A DNA stretch of 64,000 bases from Mobula hypostoma. Taxonomy: Eukaryota. The position numbers and the translations under genes were made by a program. The notes below the pieces were generated by a model, which was given only the letters and a program-made list of their open reading frames with translations, was not told the DNA's origin and searched no databases. The stretch is taken from the NCBI RefSeq assembly GCF_963921235.1, contig NC_086118.1, positions 15,688,001 to 15,752,000 of the forward strand, written 5' to 3'. Below, piece after piece: positions 33,908-46,972 of this stretch (within the stretch, counting starts at the first letter, position 1; every line of letters starts with the position of its first letter).

Positions 33908-35300
33908 TACTGGGCTGCTAACGTTAGCCATATAGCATACGGGATAGATGATACAGTTGTACTTCCCGGATGGTTGGAGATGGAGCGTGAGGATTGCCTA
34001 CCATATTCCACAGGGGCAATCATTATGTCCCCTATTCGGTTAAATAAAGCCTATTATAGAGACAATCCCATTATTCCCAGCACCATACAGATGTGAAGAC
34101 AAATGGGGAAGCATTTGAAACTCAGAACATTATCTTTTCTTGTACCTATATCAGCTAATCCCTCTTTTATCCCCTCATGTATAGATGGGGTCTTTGATGC
34201 ATGGCGAGAAGCAGGGATACGCAGCGTTGGAGACTTATACATACAAGGGATTTTTGCGTCATTTCGGCAGCTCCAGGACAAATTCAGATTGCAAAAGAGT
34301 CATTTTTTTCAGTATTTCCAGCTAAGACACTATATAAGATCATATCTTTCTGGTTTTGAGACGGCAGAACCTGATAAGTTAGATAATCATTTAAGATCAT
34401 GTTTAGGGATAGAACACATCATCACCTATCTGTATGATGCCATACAAAACAAGTGTCATACAACAATGGATAATATTTAAAAAGAGTGGGAAAAGGAGTT
34501 AGGTACAGAGATAGAGGAATGAGGCTTTGGAGTAAGTTAACTCCTGTTACATCAATGCCAGGCATTGTTTAATACTATTTAAAATCTTACATACACTACA
34601 TTACTCAAAAGTAAGGATTCATAAAATATTCCCAGAGGTGTCCCCAATGTGTGAGAAATGCAAGTCCTCGGAGGCAAATTTGTTACATAGTTATGCTTTA
34701 TATCCCAGGATACAAGAGTATTGGAAGCAAATATTTGAGGTCCTATCGAAGGTACTAAAGGTTCAGATAATACCAGACCCCATTTTAATAATTTTTGGAA
34801 CTTCTGCGAGGTCAGATAAATTCCAGGCTACCCAGCAACAACTCCTGACCTACGGCATACTTAATGGAAAGAAACTCATACTGATGTTCTGGAAAAAGTA
34901 AGTAACTCCATCACTCAGACAGTGGCTGGCTGCATTAATGGATATTCTGCATCTAGAGAGGATAAAATACATTATCAAGGACAGACTCAAGGAATTTGAA
35001 AAATCTGGCAACCATTACTGTTGTATTTAGAAGAGACTGACAACTGAACTAAGTGTGGGGGCGGTAGGACCCAAACAGCACATACGGGAGGGGTGAGGGG
35101 AGGGTAGGGCTGGGAAGGGGAAAGGAGACAGGATGGTAGGGTTTCCTTTGCTTTTTGCTTGTTTACTATACATACATTCATTTGACTTGCATTATGTTGT
35201 TGTAAGAAAGAAACGAAAAAAGAAGCATTGCACTTTAGGACATTGTCAGTTGTGGTTAAACTGATGTTGCTTCTCAATAAAAACATTTGAAAACAAAAAA
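33908..35300 (+). mobile_element. 5'-truncated L1/Tx1-type LINE (ORF2 C-terminus)
   Basis: YWAAN at the 5' end, FQYFQLRHY, CEKC...LLH zinc knuckle, AATAAA 35276 plus A-tail, 16-bp TSD AAAGTAAGGCA(A/G)AGGC (33892-33907 / 35301-35316). Confidence 0.88.
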
Positions 35301-35316
35301 AAAGTAAGGCAGAGGC

Positions 35317-38300
35317 AAATGGAGTGGTCATGTTCATTGGAGTGGTCAGATTCAGAGTGGAGATTTACAGGCTTTAGCTCTTCAAGGCTTCAGCAAGGGT
35401 CAGAGAAGGCAAAAAAGTTGGAGGGAGAGATTCCCCCCCCAGTTAATTGTTTTTCCTTCCTATATTTGTACAGTAGAGATGCCAGGCAGAATAGTGGAAT
35501 GCACCTCTTGCAGAATTACAGAGGGTAGGGAGACCTCGAGTGTCCCTGACGACTACACCTGCCAGAAGTACATCTAGCTGCAGCTTCTAACACTCGGGGT
35601 TAAGGAGTTGGTGCTGGAACTAGATAAACTCTGGATCATTTGTGAGGCGGGGGGGTGATAGAAAGGACATATAGAGAGGTTGTTACACTCAGGGTGCAGC
35701 TCACAGAGAACTGGGTGACAGTCAGGAAGGGGAAAGGGGTTAAACAGCCAGTGCAGTGCACCCCTGTGGCCAACTCCTCAACAACAAGTATACCACTTTG
35801 GATACTGTTGGGGTGGATGACCTAGCAGAGGAAATTCACAACAGTCAGGTCTCTGGTGCTGAGTCTGACTCTGCAGCTCAGAAAGGAAGGAGTGAGCTGT
35901 GGTGATAGGGGATTCGTTAGTCAGAGGAACACAAAGGAGGTTCTGTGAATGAGAACGAGATTCCCAGCTGATACATTGCCTGCCGGGTGCCAGGGTCTGT
36001 GGCATCTCAGATGGAGCCCTTGGCAGTGGGAGGGTGAACAGTCAGAGGTCATGTTCTACGTAGGTACCAATGTACGGGCAGGAAGGGTGACGAGATTCTG
36101 CAAAGAGAGTTCAGGCAGTTAGTGCTAAATTAACAGTGAGGACCTCCAGTGTTGTGATCTCAGGATTGCTACAGATACCATGTGCTAGTGAGGCCAGAGA
36201 TAGGAACACTATACAGTTTAATATGTGACTAAGGAGTTGGTGTAGAAGGGAGGCCATAAAATGTGTAGATTATTGGGCTCTCTTCCAGAGAAGATGGGAC
36301 CATTACAGAAGAGACAATTTGTACCCGAACTGGAAGGGGACTAGTATTCTAGTGGGAAAGTTCGCTGGTGCTGCAAGGTGGGATTTAAATTAATGTTGTA
36401 CGGTGATGGGGACCAGAGTGCCAGAACATTTAGTGAAGAGTTTGTGGAGACAGATGTTGTTAAGATCTCAGACAAGGTCAGGAACCGAAAGGTTGAGCAT
36501 TATGTGACTAATGTTCTGAGCTGCCTATATTTCAATGCAAGAAGTATTGAAGAAAAGGCAGATGTGCTCAGAGCACGGATCAACATCTGGAATTATGACA
36601 TTGTAGCCATTAGTGAGATTTGATTGCAGGAGAAGCACTAGCTCAGTATTCTGTGGTTCCATTGCTTTAAGCACGATAAGGTGAGAGGGAATAAAGGAGT
36701 AGGAGGTGAATTACTAGTCAGGGAAAATGCCACAGCAGTGCTAAGTCAGGACAGACTGGAGAACTTGTCTAGTGAGGCATTATGGGTGGAAATGAGAAAT
36801 AAGAAAGGTACGACCACAATATTGGGGCTATATTACAGACCTCCCATTAGTCCAAGGGATTTAGAGGAACAAACTTTCAGAGAGATTGCAGACTGTTGCA
36901 AGAAACAGGGTTCTTACAGTAGGAGATTTTCACTTTTGACATATTGACTGGGAAACCCATATGGTAAAAGGACTAGATGGGATAGTTTGTCAAATATGTT
37001 CAGGAAAGTTTTCTTCATCACTGTGTAGAAGTCCCAACTAGAGAGTGTGTGATATTTGATTTCCTATTAGGGAATGAGACAGGGCAGGTGACAGAAGCTT
37101 GTGCAGGGGAACACTTTGACTCTGGTGATCACAATGCCATTACTTTCAAAGTAAATATGCAAACGAACTGCCTAGTTAGTGGGCTGAGATTCTAATTTGG
37201 AGAAAGGCCAATTTGGATGGAATCAGAAAGGATCTGGCAAATGTAGATTGCGGCAGGCCATTTTCTGGCAAACGTGTACTTGGCAGGTGGGAACCCAAAA
37301 GTGAAATTTTGAGAGCAAAAGGCTTGCATGTGCCTGTCTGAATAAAAGGTAAAGATAACAACTCTAGGGAACCTTGGTTTTCAGGAGATATTGAGGCCAT
37401 GGTTAAAAAAAAAGTAAGTGCAGAGTAAGTATAGACAATAGACAATACGTGCAGGAGTAGGCCATTCAGCCCTTCGAGCCAGCACTACCAATATAGGCAG
37501 GTAGAAACTAAGGGGGAGCTTATGGAATATAACAAATGTAAGAGAACACTTAAGAATGAAATCAGGAGGGCGAAAAGAAGGCATGAGGTTGCCCTAGCAG
37601 ACAGGGTGAAGGAAAATCCCAAGGGATTCTAAAATAAAGGCATCGTTAGTCTTGCGAGACCATGGATCTGCGCCTGGAAAGTCTTCACTCTCCAGGGAAC
37701 AGGCCTGGGCAAGGTTGTATGGAAGACCAGCAGTTGCCCATGCTGCAAGTCTCCCCTCTCCACGACACCAATGTTGTCCAAGGGAAGGGCATTAGGAACA
37801 TACAGCTTGGCACCAGTGTCATTGCAGAGCAATGTGTGATTAAGTGCCTTGCTCAAGAACACAACAAGTTGCATCGGCTGGGGCTCGAACTCACGACCTT
37901 CAGGCCACTAGTCCAATACCTTAACCACCTGGCCACGTGCCTACACAAGGGATTCTACAGATATGTTAAAAGCAAAAGGATTGCAAGGGACAAAACTAGT
38001 CCTCTTGTAAGATCAGAATGGTAATCCAGATGTGAAGTCAAAAGAGATAGGGAAGATCTTATATACATTTTTTTGCATCTGTGTTTACTCAGGAAATGGA
38101 TACAGAGTCTATAACAGTGAGGTAAAGCAGCATCAACTTCATGAACTCTGTACAGATTACAGAGGCAAGTCAGGATGGATAAATCCCCAGGGCCTGACAG
38201 GGCGTTCCCTCAAACCCTACATGAGGCAAGTGCAGAAATTGCCGGGACGCTAACAGAGATATTTAAACAACCTTAGTGACAGGAGAGGTACAAAAGTACT

Positions 38301-38441
38301 GGAGGATTGCCAATGTTATTCCGCTGTTTAAAAAAGGTTCTAAACAGAAACCAGGAAATTATAGGCTGATGAGCCTTGACATCAGTTGTGGGAAAGTTAT
38401 TGGAAGGTAGTCTAAAGGACCAGATATATAAGTGTTTGGAT
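35317..38441 (+). mobile_element. Decayed CR1 LINE (ORF1 esterase, APE endonuclease, RT start); continues at 46239-46477
   Basis: CLYFNARSI, YDIVAISE, GLYYRPP, SGDHNAI; RT resumes (MDFSNAFDKVP) right after the Gypsy 5' LTR. Confidence 0.85.
37632..37945 (-). mobile_element. tRNA-derived SINE inserted in CR1
   Basis: Minus-strand A box TGGCCAGGTGG and B box GAGTTCGAGCC; 12-bp TSD CAAGGGATTCTA (37620-31 / 37946-57). Confidence 0.85.
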
Positions 38442-39210
38442 TATTCTGAATCAGCAGCAATAGAGATAAATTTGAGTTGAGTTTTTATAAAATAAACAAC
38501 GACATTTTTTGACCTCTACTCAAATAAAAAATGGAACAGTAAACGAACGATCAACTTAAACGGATGTTAACAGCGTTATACTTCTATAGTTATCAAACGA
38601 TCGAACTTAAAGACAATGCTCAACAGATCCCATTTAAGCACAGTCTTAAGGTGGTAGTTTAATAAGTCCATATGATTTATGAAATAACTGAGAGGAGAGA
38701 CTTCCCAAACCTTGCAATGAAGAAAAGCCGAAACTGCTGACACCGGTTCCAGCCGAGAAATAGCTTTTCCGAAGTCATGACGCAGAATACAAGTTCTCAA
38801 AGTAACTGACCTTTCTGCTGGAAGTGGTCATCACACAATACCCAAACCGTGTAAGGGTTAACAAAACATGTTTGCCACGTACGGACAGTTCCAAATGTCA
38901 GTTTAACCCATAATGCGCCGAATGCCGCTGGTTAACCCCAATCCCTCTGGGGTTCATTCATATTCTTCACTTTCACTCTCTTTTCTTCTCCAATAGCGTA
39001 ACTACCAACAGTGAGTTCCCACCAAAATGAACTACAGAACAACTGTAGTCTCCCCTTACATACCAGTTAGAATATGCTATCACGTGACATCACATCACCC
39101 TGCTATCACAAGACAATTATATCATTCCAATGGCATGAGACCATTATATCATTCCAATAGCATGAGACAATTACATAATTTTTCACGAGATACACATGGG
39201 ACAGGTAACA
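38442..39210 (-). repeat. 3' LTR
   Basis: Direct repeat of 45470-46238; polypurine tract (minus-strand TTGGAGGGAGG) adjacent at 39211-39221. Confidence 0.92.
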
Positions 39211-39526
39211 CCTCCCTCCAAGAAAAGAAAAGTTTGATCTATCAAGAGCAAAATTTTAACAACAATTAACGAAATATACAAATATATAAAATTTACAAAA
39301 TTGCATAATACACGTATAATTATCATACAGTACTCTACAACTAATATAACATGACGAGTGTAAACAAAATATCAGAATTACAAGTTCAACATCTGGACAA
39401 ACAGTTGGCAATTACATAATCTTTGCCTTTAATGTGAGTTATTAAGAGATCATATTCTTGTAAAATTAAACTCCAATTCAGTAACCTTCTATTTTGTTTT
39501 TCAGTTTTCTCAAAAATACCAATGGA

Positions 39527-41947
39527 TTATGATCGGTGTAAACCACGATCAACATACACATCAAAATTCTGCAAAGCCAAAATGAGAGACAACAATTCCT
39601 TTTCTATGGTTGAATAATTTCTTTGATGCCCATTAAATTTCTTGGAAAAATAAGCCACAGGGTGGTCAACATCATCATCATTATCCCTTTGTAGTAACAC
39701 TGCTCCTGCAGCCTCATCACTAGCATCTACAGCTAAGGAAAATACCTTTTCAAAATTAGGTGATTTGAGCACAGGTTGGTGACATAGGATAGTTTTCAAT
39801 TTATCAAATGCTTCCTGACAAGGCTCTGTCCTAACAAACTTTTCACCTTTCTTCAGGAGGTTAGTTAATGGAAGAGCAATCTCGGCAAAGTTCTTACAGA
39901 ATTTTCGGTTAATACCCTACCATTCCCAAAAATCTTCTGAGAGCTTTTGTACTAGTTGGAGTGGGAACCTCCAAAATCACCTGAACAGGAGTCAACCTGC
40001 CTTGACCCACAACATAACCAAGATAGGTCACAGTGGCATGCCCAAATTCACTTTTAGCTAAGTTAATAGTTAGGTTAGCTTTTGAAAGCCTGTCAAACAG
40101 TTCTTCCACTGCAAACATATGTGCCTCCCAAGTGTCATACTCTGTGACTAAATCATCAATATAGGCATCTGTATGTTTTAACCCTTGAATTACAGAATTA
40201 ATCATTCTCTGGAAAGTTCCTGGGGCATTCTTCATTCTAATGGCAGATCATTGTACTCATATAACCCAGATGGCATCACAAATGCAGAAATTTCTCTACC
40301 TCTGTCTATTAATGGAACACACCAATACCCTTTCAACAAATCAATCCTTGTAAGAAATTTAGCTTTTCCAACCTTGTCCACACAATCATATACCCTAGGG
40401 ATTGGATATGCATCAGTTTTTGTTACAGCATTCATCTTCCTGTTATCAGTACAAAACCTAATACTACCATCTGGTTTAGGCGCCATGACACAAGATGAAC
40501 TCCAATCCAAAGTAGAAGGTCTAACAATATCATTGTCTAATATATACTTAATTTCTTGTTCAGCAAGCTTACTTTTTTCCGCATTCATTCGATATGGATG
40601 TTGCTTTATAGGTTTGGCGTTTCCAACATCTACATCATGTGAGCCTACTGTGCTTCTTTTGGGAATGTCTGGAAATAAATCCCTAAATTTCATAATTAAC
40701 TGTTTCATTTGCTGTCTCTGCAGTGGCTGTAGATGAGCCAACTTCTCATCAATATTTTCCAGAAAATATAGTCTGGCAGAAATAATGTTTGGTTTAAAAT
40801 AAGCCTCAGATGGATCAGTTACCAAGCTCCCAGGGATGTCAGACTCATTGTCACTAACAACAACAGTCATAGATGCGGATTGTTTCCCATAATAAGGCTT
40901 TATCATATTTACATGACAAAGTTGTGTTGGCCTTCGTCGATCTGGTGTTTTTACCATATAGTCCACATTATTAACTTTTGATATAATCTCATAAGGACCA
41001 TGAAATCTAGCTTGTAAAGGGTCCGTTTGCACAGGGCAAAGTACCAATACCTTATCTCCTTACTTAAATACCTTCATTCTAGCTTCCTTGTCATACCAAG
41101 TTTTCATTCTTTCCTGAGCAGGTTTTAAATTTTCCCTTGCTAAGCTGCAAGCTTTATGCAATCTTTCCTTAAATTTTAAAACATAATCTAGCAAATTAGC
41201 TTGTACTTCTTTATTTACACACTGTTCTTTTAATAAAGGTCCTCAGACACTGTGCCCAAACACAAGTTCAAAGGGACTAAAGCCTAGGGACTCCTGCACT
41301 GACTCCTGTACTTTAAACAAAAGCAAATGAACTCCCTCATTTCAATCTTCCTCATTTTCAATACAAAATGTCCTAATCATAGTTTAAAGGATAGAATGGA
41401 ACCTTTCTAAGGCCCGTTGTGATTCGGGATGATATGTAGACAATATAATCTGTTTGGCTCCCAGTTTATAAACTATCTACTGGAACAATCCAGACATAAA
41501 ATTACTGCCTTGATCAGACTGTATTTCTTTAGGTAACCCAAATAAAGTAAAGAACTTTATGAGAGCCTTTGTCACAGTTTTGGCTTTTATATTCCTAAGA
41601 GGTATCGCTTCTGGAAACCAAGATGCGGTACACATGATCGTCAGCAAATATTGGTGGCCAGCTTTAGTTTTTGGCAATGGACCCACACAATCTACAATAA
41701 CTTTAGAAAACGGCTCACCAAATGCAGGAATTGGTTGTAATGGGGCCACTGGGGTGACTTGATTAGGTTTACCCACAACCTGACAAGTCTGACAAGTTCG
41801 GCAAAACGTCACCACATCTCTCTTCAACTCAGGCCAATAAAAATGTTTAAAAACCTTGTTCACAGTTTTCCTCACACCAAAATGGCCACCCAAGGGCATA
41901 TTATGAGCCAAAGTTAAAATTTCATTCCGGTAAACTTTAGGAACCAC
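39527..41947 (-). pseudogene. Gypsy pol remnant: integrase (41947-~40900), RT (~40600-39909), RNase H (39799-39527)
   Basis: HNMPLGGH...CRTCQTC, IQSDQGSNF, RFHGPY; IDLLKGYW, NAPGTFQR, AYIDD; VDASDEAAGAVL, YSTIEKE; frameshifted. Confidence 0.88.
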
Positions 41948-42916
41948 TACCTGGTGAAAAACTGCCCAATCCTTGCTTGCAGGAATCTAGGGTGGTCTCC
42001 ACTTCCTCATTAATACTCCACTCTTGAAATACTACCCTACTGGCACCTTTGCAATCTCATTACCTGGGAGAGCTTGTTCTATTAAGGTGGCAATCACAGG
42101 GTCTTTGCTTTGCTCCACTATAATCTCCTTCTTAGACAAGGACAAGTCTTTAAGGTCAGATTTATAACAAGGATCCTGATCAAATAATGAAGGTAGAAAA
42201 GTTACGGCCAAATCATCGAACTCTGAATCCTTATTTGAATTGTCGTGCGTAACAGACCCATGCTGCACAGAACCCTCTGCCTCAGCAGGCTTTTTTTCCA
42301 TAGCTCGGGTTATTGCACAGGAAGTATATATGTTAGATTCCATCTTTATACTTTATACTTATACTTCATACTTTATTGTCGCCAAACGATTGATACTAGA
42401 ACATACAATTATCACAGCAATATCTGATTCGGCGCTTCCCATTCCCTGGATTACAAATCGATAGTAAATATTAAAAATTTAAATTATAAACCATAAATAG
42501 AAAATAGAAAATGGAAAGTAAGGTAGTGCAAAAAAACCGAGAGGCAGATCCGGCTATTTGGAGGGTACGGCCCAGATCCGGGTAAGGATCCGTTCAGCAG
42601 TCTTATCACAGTTGGAAAGAAGCTGCTCCCAAATCTGGCCATACACGTCTCCAAGTTCCTGAGCCTTTTCCCAGAGGGAAGAGGGACAAAAAGTGTGTTG
42701 GCTGGGTGGGCCGTGTCATTGATTATCCTGGCAGCACTGCTCCAACAGCGTGCAGTGTAAAGTGAGTGCAAGGACAGAAGATTGGTTTGTGTAATGTGCT
42801 TCACCATGTTCACGATCTTCTGCAGTTTCTTCTGGTCTTGGACAGGACAACTTCCATACCATTTTGTGATGCACCCTAGAAGAATGCTTTCTACGGTGCA
42901 TTTATAAAAGTTAGTG

Positions 42917-43304
42917 CAACACACATCAAAGTTGCTGGTGAACGCAGCAGGCCAGGCAGCATCTGTAGGAAGAGGTGCAGTCGACGTTTCAGGCCGAGAC
43001 CCTTCGTCAGGACTAACTGAAGGAAGAGTGAGTAAGGGATTTGAAAGTTGGAGGGGGAGGGGGAGATACAAAATGATAGGAGAAGACAGGAGGGGGAGGG
43101 ATAGAGCCAAGAGCTGGACAGGTGATAGGCAAAAGGGGATACGAGAGGATCATGGGACAGGAGATCCGGGAAGAAAGACAAGGGGGGGGGACCCAAAGGA
43201 TGGGCAAGAGGTATATTCAGAGGGACAGAGGGAGAAAAAGGAGAGTGAGAGAAAGAATGTGTGCATAAAAATAAGTAACAGATGGGGTACGAGGGGGAGG
43301 GGGG
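42917..43304 (-). mobile_element. Penelope pLTR fragment nested in the Rex1 copy
   Basis: 12-bp TSD TAAAA(G/A)TTAGTG (42905-16 / 43305-16); absent from the sister Rex1 copy at ~51955; similar to the PLE terminus at 54900-55090. Confidence 0.85.
42977..43014 (-). ncRNA. Minimal type I hammerhead ribozyme (Penelope-associated)
   Basis: Minus strand reads AGTC-CTGACGA-AGGGTCTCGGCCT-GAAA-CGTC-GACT: CUGANGA and GAAA cores, stem I AGTC/GACT, short stem II, GUC cleavage triplet. Confidence 0.75.
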
Positions 43305-44212
43305 TAAAAATTAGTGAGGGTTTTAGGGGACAGGCCAAATTTCTTTAGTTTTCTCAGGAACTAAAGGCACGGGTGGGCCCTCTTGGCAGTGGACTCTGCT
43401 TGGTTGGTCCAAGTCAGGTCATATGTGATATTGACCCCGAGGAACTTAAAGCTTTTGACCTGTTCCACTTGCATACCACCGGTGTAAATGGGGTCGTGCG
43501 GTCCGCTACTCCTTCTGAAGTCAACAACCAATTCCTTCGTCTTGCTGACGTTGAGGGATAGGTTATTGTCCTCGCACCATGCCACCCAGGTTCTTAATTT
43601 CCTCTCTGTACTCAAACTCATCATTACCCGATATACGGCCTACAATTGTTGTGCCATAGCAAACTTATATATTGAGTTCGATGGAAACTTGGCTACACAA
43701 TCATGGGTGTATAGTGAGTACAGCAGGGGGCTGAGTACACAGCCTTGTGGGGCACTAGTGCTTAGAGTGATTGTAGAGGACAGTTTGTCCCCTATTTTTA
43801 GATCATCAACGATTGGCTTAGTTGTCATCTGCACTGCAGGAACAACTTTTCCTCCTGCTAAGTCATTCCCTAACAGTAAAGAAACACCATCCACCGGTAA
43901 ACTGGGTTGCAGTCCTACTTTAACAGTTCCTGAAACTAACCTCGACTTTAAAACTACGTTGTGCAGAGGTACAGACATAAGGTTGCCCTCAATACCTCGT
44001 ATAAGATTTACCTCATCAGTGTCAAGTCTCATTATTAAGCTCTAGAACACTGTCTAACATTAGTGACTGAGAAGCACCAGTATCCCGAAGAATTTTTATT
44101 GGTACTGGAGGGACCTTGCATTCACCGAAACAAATCCCTCTGACATAAAATGATCGAATCCCTTCTTAACCTGGTCAAACCTTGACAAAGCTTCCTTTGA
44201 ATGTCCCAAACC

Positions 44213-45151
44213 CTATGGGTTTCTGGGCGTTTCAAAGTGTTGCGCGCAGGCATTTGAAACTGCCTCCTTTTCCCTCTTCTTCAGATGGGAACAGTTAGCC
44301 ATAACATGCCCAGGTTTCTTACAACAGTAACAATTAAGACTGAAATGTTTTTCCTTCACTTGCTTCCCTTCATTCTTACCTTTATCACTAGCCTCCGATC
44401 TACTTTCCAGTTTACCCTTACTATCCAGGCTACTCTTTTGGAAAGTTTTACTCAAAGTAAATTTACTCTTATGGATTAAAGCATACTCATCTGCTAATTT
44501 AGCAGACTCCTGCAATGCAGCAGTGTCCCTCTCACTGAAGTATATCTTTATGTCAACAGGGATGCACCTTTTAATTTCCTCAATTAAAACCAACTCTTTC
44601 AAGTTGTCATACACCTCATTCACATTTTTAGATTTGACCCATTGTTCAAAACACACAGATTTATCATAGGCAAATTCCATATGAGTTTGGTTCACAGATT
44701 TCTTCAAAGTTCTAAACCTTTCTCTATAAGCTTCCGGAACCAGTTCATAAGCTTTAAGTATACACTGCTTCACAGTATCATAATCAAGTGCTTGCTCAGC
44801 AGTTAAAACTGTATAAACTTGTTGTGCTTTACCTTTAATTACACTTTGTATAAGCACTGGCCATTTATCTTTCGGCCACTCTGAAATCAGAGCAACTATC
44901 TCAAAATGCTGGAAGTATTTATCAACTTCTGCCTCATTAAATGGAGGAACCAATTTAATTTCCTGACTAACAACAAATGGTTTCCTAGAACCAGAGGACT
45001 GATTCTTGGACCTTAACTTCACTATCGCTAGCTCCAACTCCCATTTATTCTCTGCTTCTTTAGCTTCAAATTCCCTCTGTTTATTTGCTTCTCTTTCAGC
45101 CACCTCCGCTTTAAATTTCTCTAACTTTATTTGCTTTATTTGCAACTGCAT
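44213..45151 (-). pseudogene. Gypsy gag remnant (SCAN-like capsid, CCHC zinc knuckle)
   Basis: LVPPFNEAEVDKYFQHFE, YELVPEAYRERFR, CYCCKKPGHVMANC. Confidence 0.85.
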
Positions 45152-45469
45152 CTATAGTTTACTTATTGGAAAATTATCTAACACCGCTTCATCAAATAAA
45201 TTCGCACTGATATAAGCTATTTTTCTCTGAATCATTGACTTTGTCCCTGTAAGCTTCAGTGCTGTAGCAATTTCCATCAACTCACCCTATCGCACTTTCT
45301 CTAATTCCACAGGTGTTGGAGATTCCAGAAATCTGTCAATATGCATTGCTGCTGATTACCACACACAAAGCGATCAAACAAAAAGGATTTTCCCTTTTAT
45401 CAATCAGATTGTTAATTAAACAACCAATTAAACTCTAAATTGGTTCAAAACCTGACTAGCCCCCACATA

Positions 45470-46238
45470 CGTTATGAATCAGCAGCAATAGAGATAAATT
45501 TGAGTCGAGTTTTTATAAAATAAACGACCACATTTATTAACCTCTACTCAAATAAAAAATGGAACAGGAAACAAACGATTAACTTAAACGGATGTTAACA
45601 GCGTTATGCTTCTATGGTTATCAAACAGTCGAACTTAAAGACAATCCTCATCAGATCCCATTTAAGTACAGTCTTAAGGTGGTAGTTTAATAAGTCCATA
45701 TGATTTATGAAATAACTGAGAGGAGAGACTTCCCAAACCTTGCGATGAAGAAAAGTCGGAACTGCTGACACTGGTTCCAGCTGAGAAATAGCTTTTCTGA
45801 AGTTATGATGCAGAATACAAGTTCTCAAAGTAACTGACCTTTCTGCCGGAAGTGGTCATCACATAACACCCAAACCGTGTAAGGGTTATCAAAACGTGTG
45901 AGCTACATACGGACGGTTCCAAATGTCAATCACACCCGTAATGCGCCAAATGCCACTAGTTAACCCCAATCTTTTTGGAGTTCGTTCGGATTCTTCACTC
46001 TCATTCTCTCTTATTCTCCGACGGCGTAACTACCAACAGTGAGTTCCCACCAAAACGAACTACGCAACAACTGTAGTCTCCCCTTACATACCAGTTAGAA
46101 CATGCCATCATGTGACATCACATCACCCCGCTATCACAAGACAATTACATCATTCCAATGGCACGAGACCATTACATCATTCCAACAGCATAAGACAATT
46201 ACATCATTTTTCATGAGATACTCACGTGACAGGTAATA
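45470..46238 (-). repeat. 5' LTR
   Basis: Direct repeat of 38442-39210; PBS (minus-strand TGGGGGCTAGTCAGG, close to the tRNA-Pro PBS TGGGGGCTCGTCCGG) at ~45451-45465. Confidence 0.92.
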
Positions 46239-46477
46239 TGATAGACAGGGACTGATTTAAGGATAGTCAGCATAACTTCGTCCATGGTAGTCATGTCTAA
46301 CCAGTCTTCTAGAGTTTTTCGAGGAAGTTACCAGCGAAGCGGATGTTGTCAACATGGACTTTAGCAATGCATTTGACAAAGTCCCGCGTGAGAGGTTGGT
46401 CAAGAAGGTAGATTGGATTAGACATTGGCCGTGTAGAAGAAGCCAGAGAGTGGTAGTAGACAGTTGTCTCTCTGACC

Positions 46478-46972
46478 CATCTGGAGAAATTTTTGAAACG
46501 CAGGTTCACTGCTGTTGTGACTGCGCGATCAAGAATCTTCCAGAGGGAAGGCCTCAAAATCCCCAGCTTTGCCTGCTGCTGGCGACCGAGGCTGAGGTCG
46601 AATCGTTCAGATAGAGATGGTGCTTGGTACTCAGTGTCGGAGGGCTGATCAGAGCTCGAAGTTTTCGGATGACTCAAAGTCGGACTGTGGTCGGGCATGG
46701 CAGAGAGTTTTTCTTCCTTCTCCGGTCTGCGTGAGATGTGGGACATTTGAGAGACTTTGAACTTTTTACTGTGCCATCGACTGTTCTTCATCATGTTATG
46801 GTATTGTTGCACTGTTGTAACTATATGTTATAATTATGTGGTTTTGTTAGTTTTTTCAGTCTTGGTCTGTCCTGTATTTTGTGATATCACACTGGAGGAA
46901 ATATTGTATCATTTCTTAATGCATGCATTACTAAATGACAATAAAAGAGGACTGCGCGTCTTCATAATCTAA
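46478..46972 (+). mobile_element. Short non-autonomous LINE-tail element (Rex1-like 3' end)
   Basis: Interrupts the CR1; ends gacaataaaagagg...cataatctaat, a LINE-type tail; no coding capacity. Confidence 0.5.

Larger units (their letters stand above)
42349..43796 (-). mobile_element. Rex1/Babar-type LINE 3' fragment nested in the Gypsy
   Basis: APQGCVLSPLLYSLYTHDC, LNVSKTKELVVDFRR, (atacttt)n tail; same family as 51414-53743. Confidence 0.85.
38442..46238 (-). mobile_element. Full-length Gmr1-type Ty3/Gypsy LTR retrotransposon (gag-PR-IN-RT-RH), decayed
   Basis: Two 769-bp LTRs, tRNA-Pro-like PBS, PPT, 4-bp TSD GGAT/TGAT; gag with CCHC knuckle, ILRDTGAS protease, HHCC/GPY integrase, YIDD RT, RNase H. 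Confidence 0.93.

Noticed and set aside
39100..39190. CRISPR-like short repeats (atcattccaat.gcatgagac.attat)
   Set aside because: These are tandem ~27-bp repeats inside both LTRs, with no unique spacers, no cas genes and a eukaryotic context.
43640..44032. Novel chimeric protein ORF
   Set aside because: It is a chance in-frame junction between the Gypsy post-protease region and the inserted Rex1 RT.
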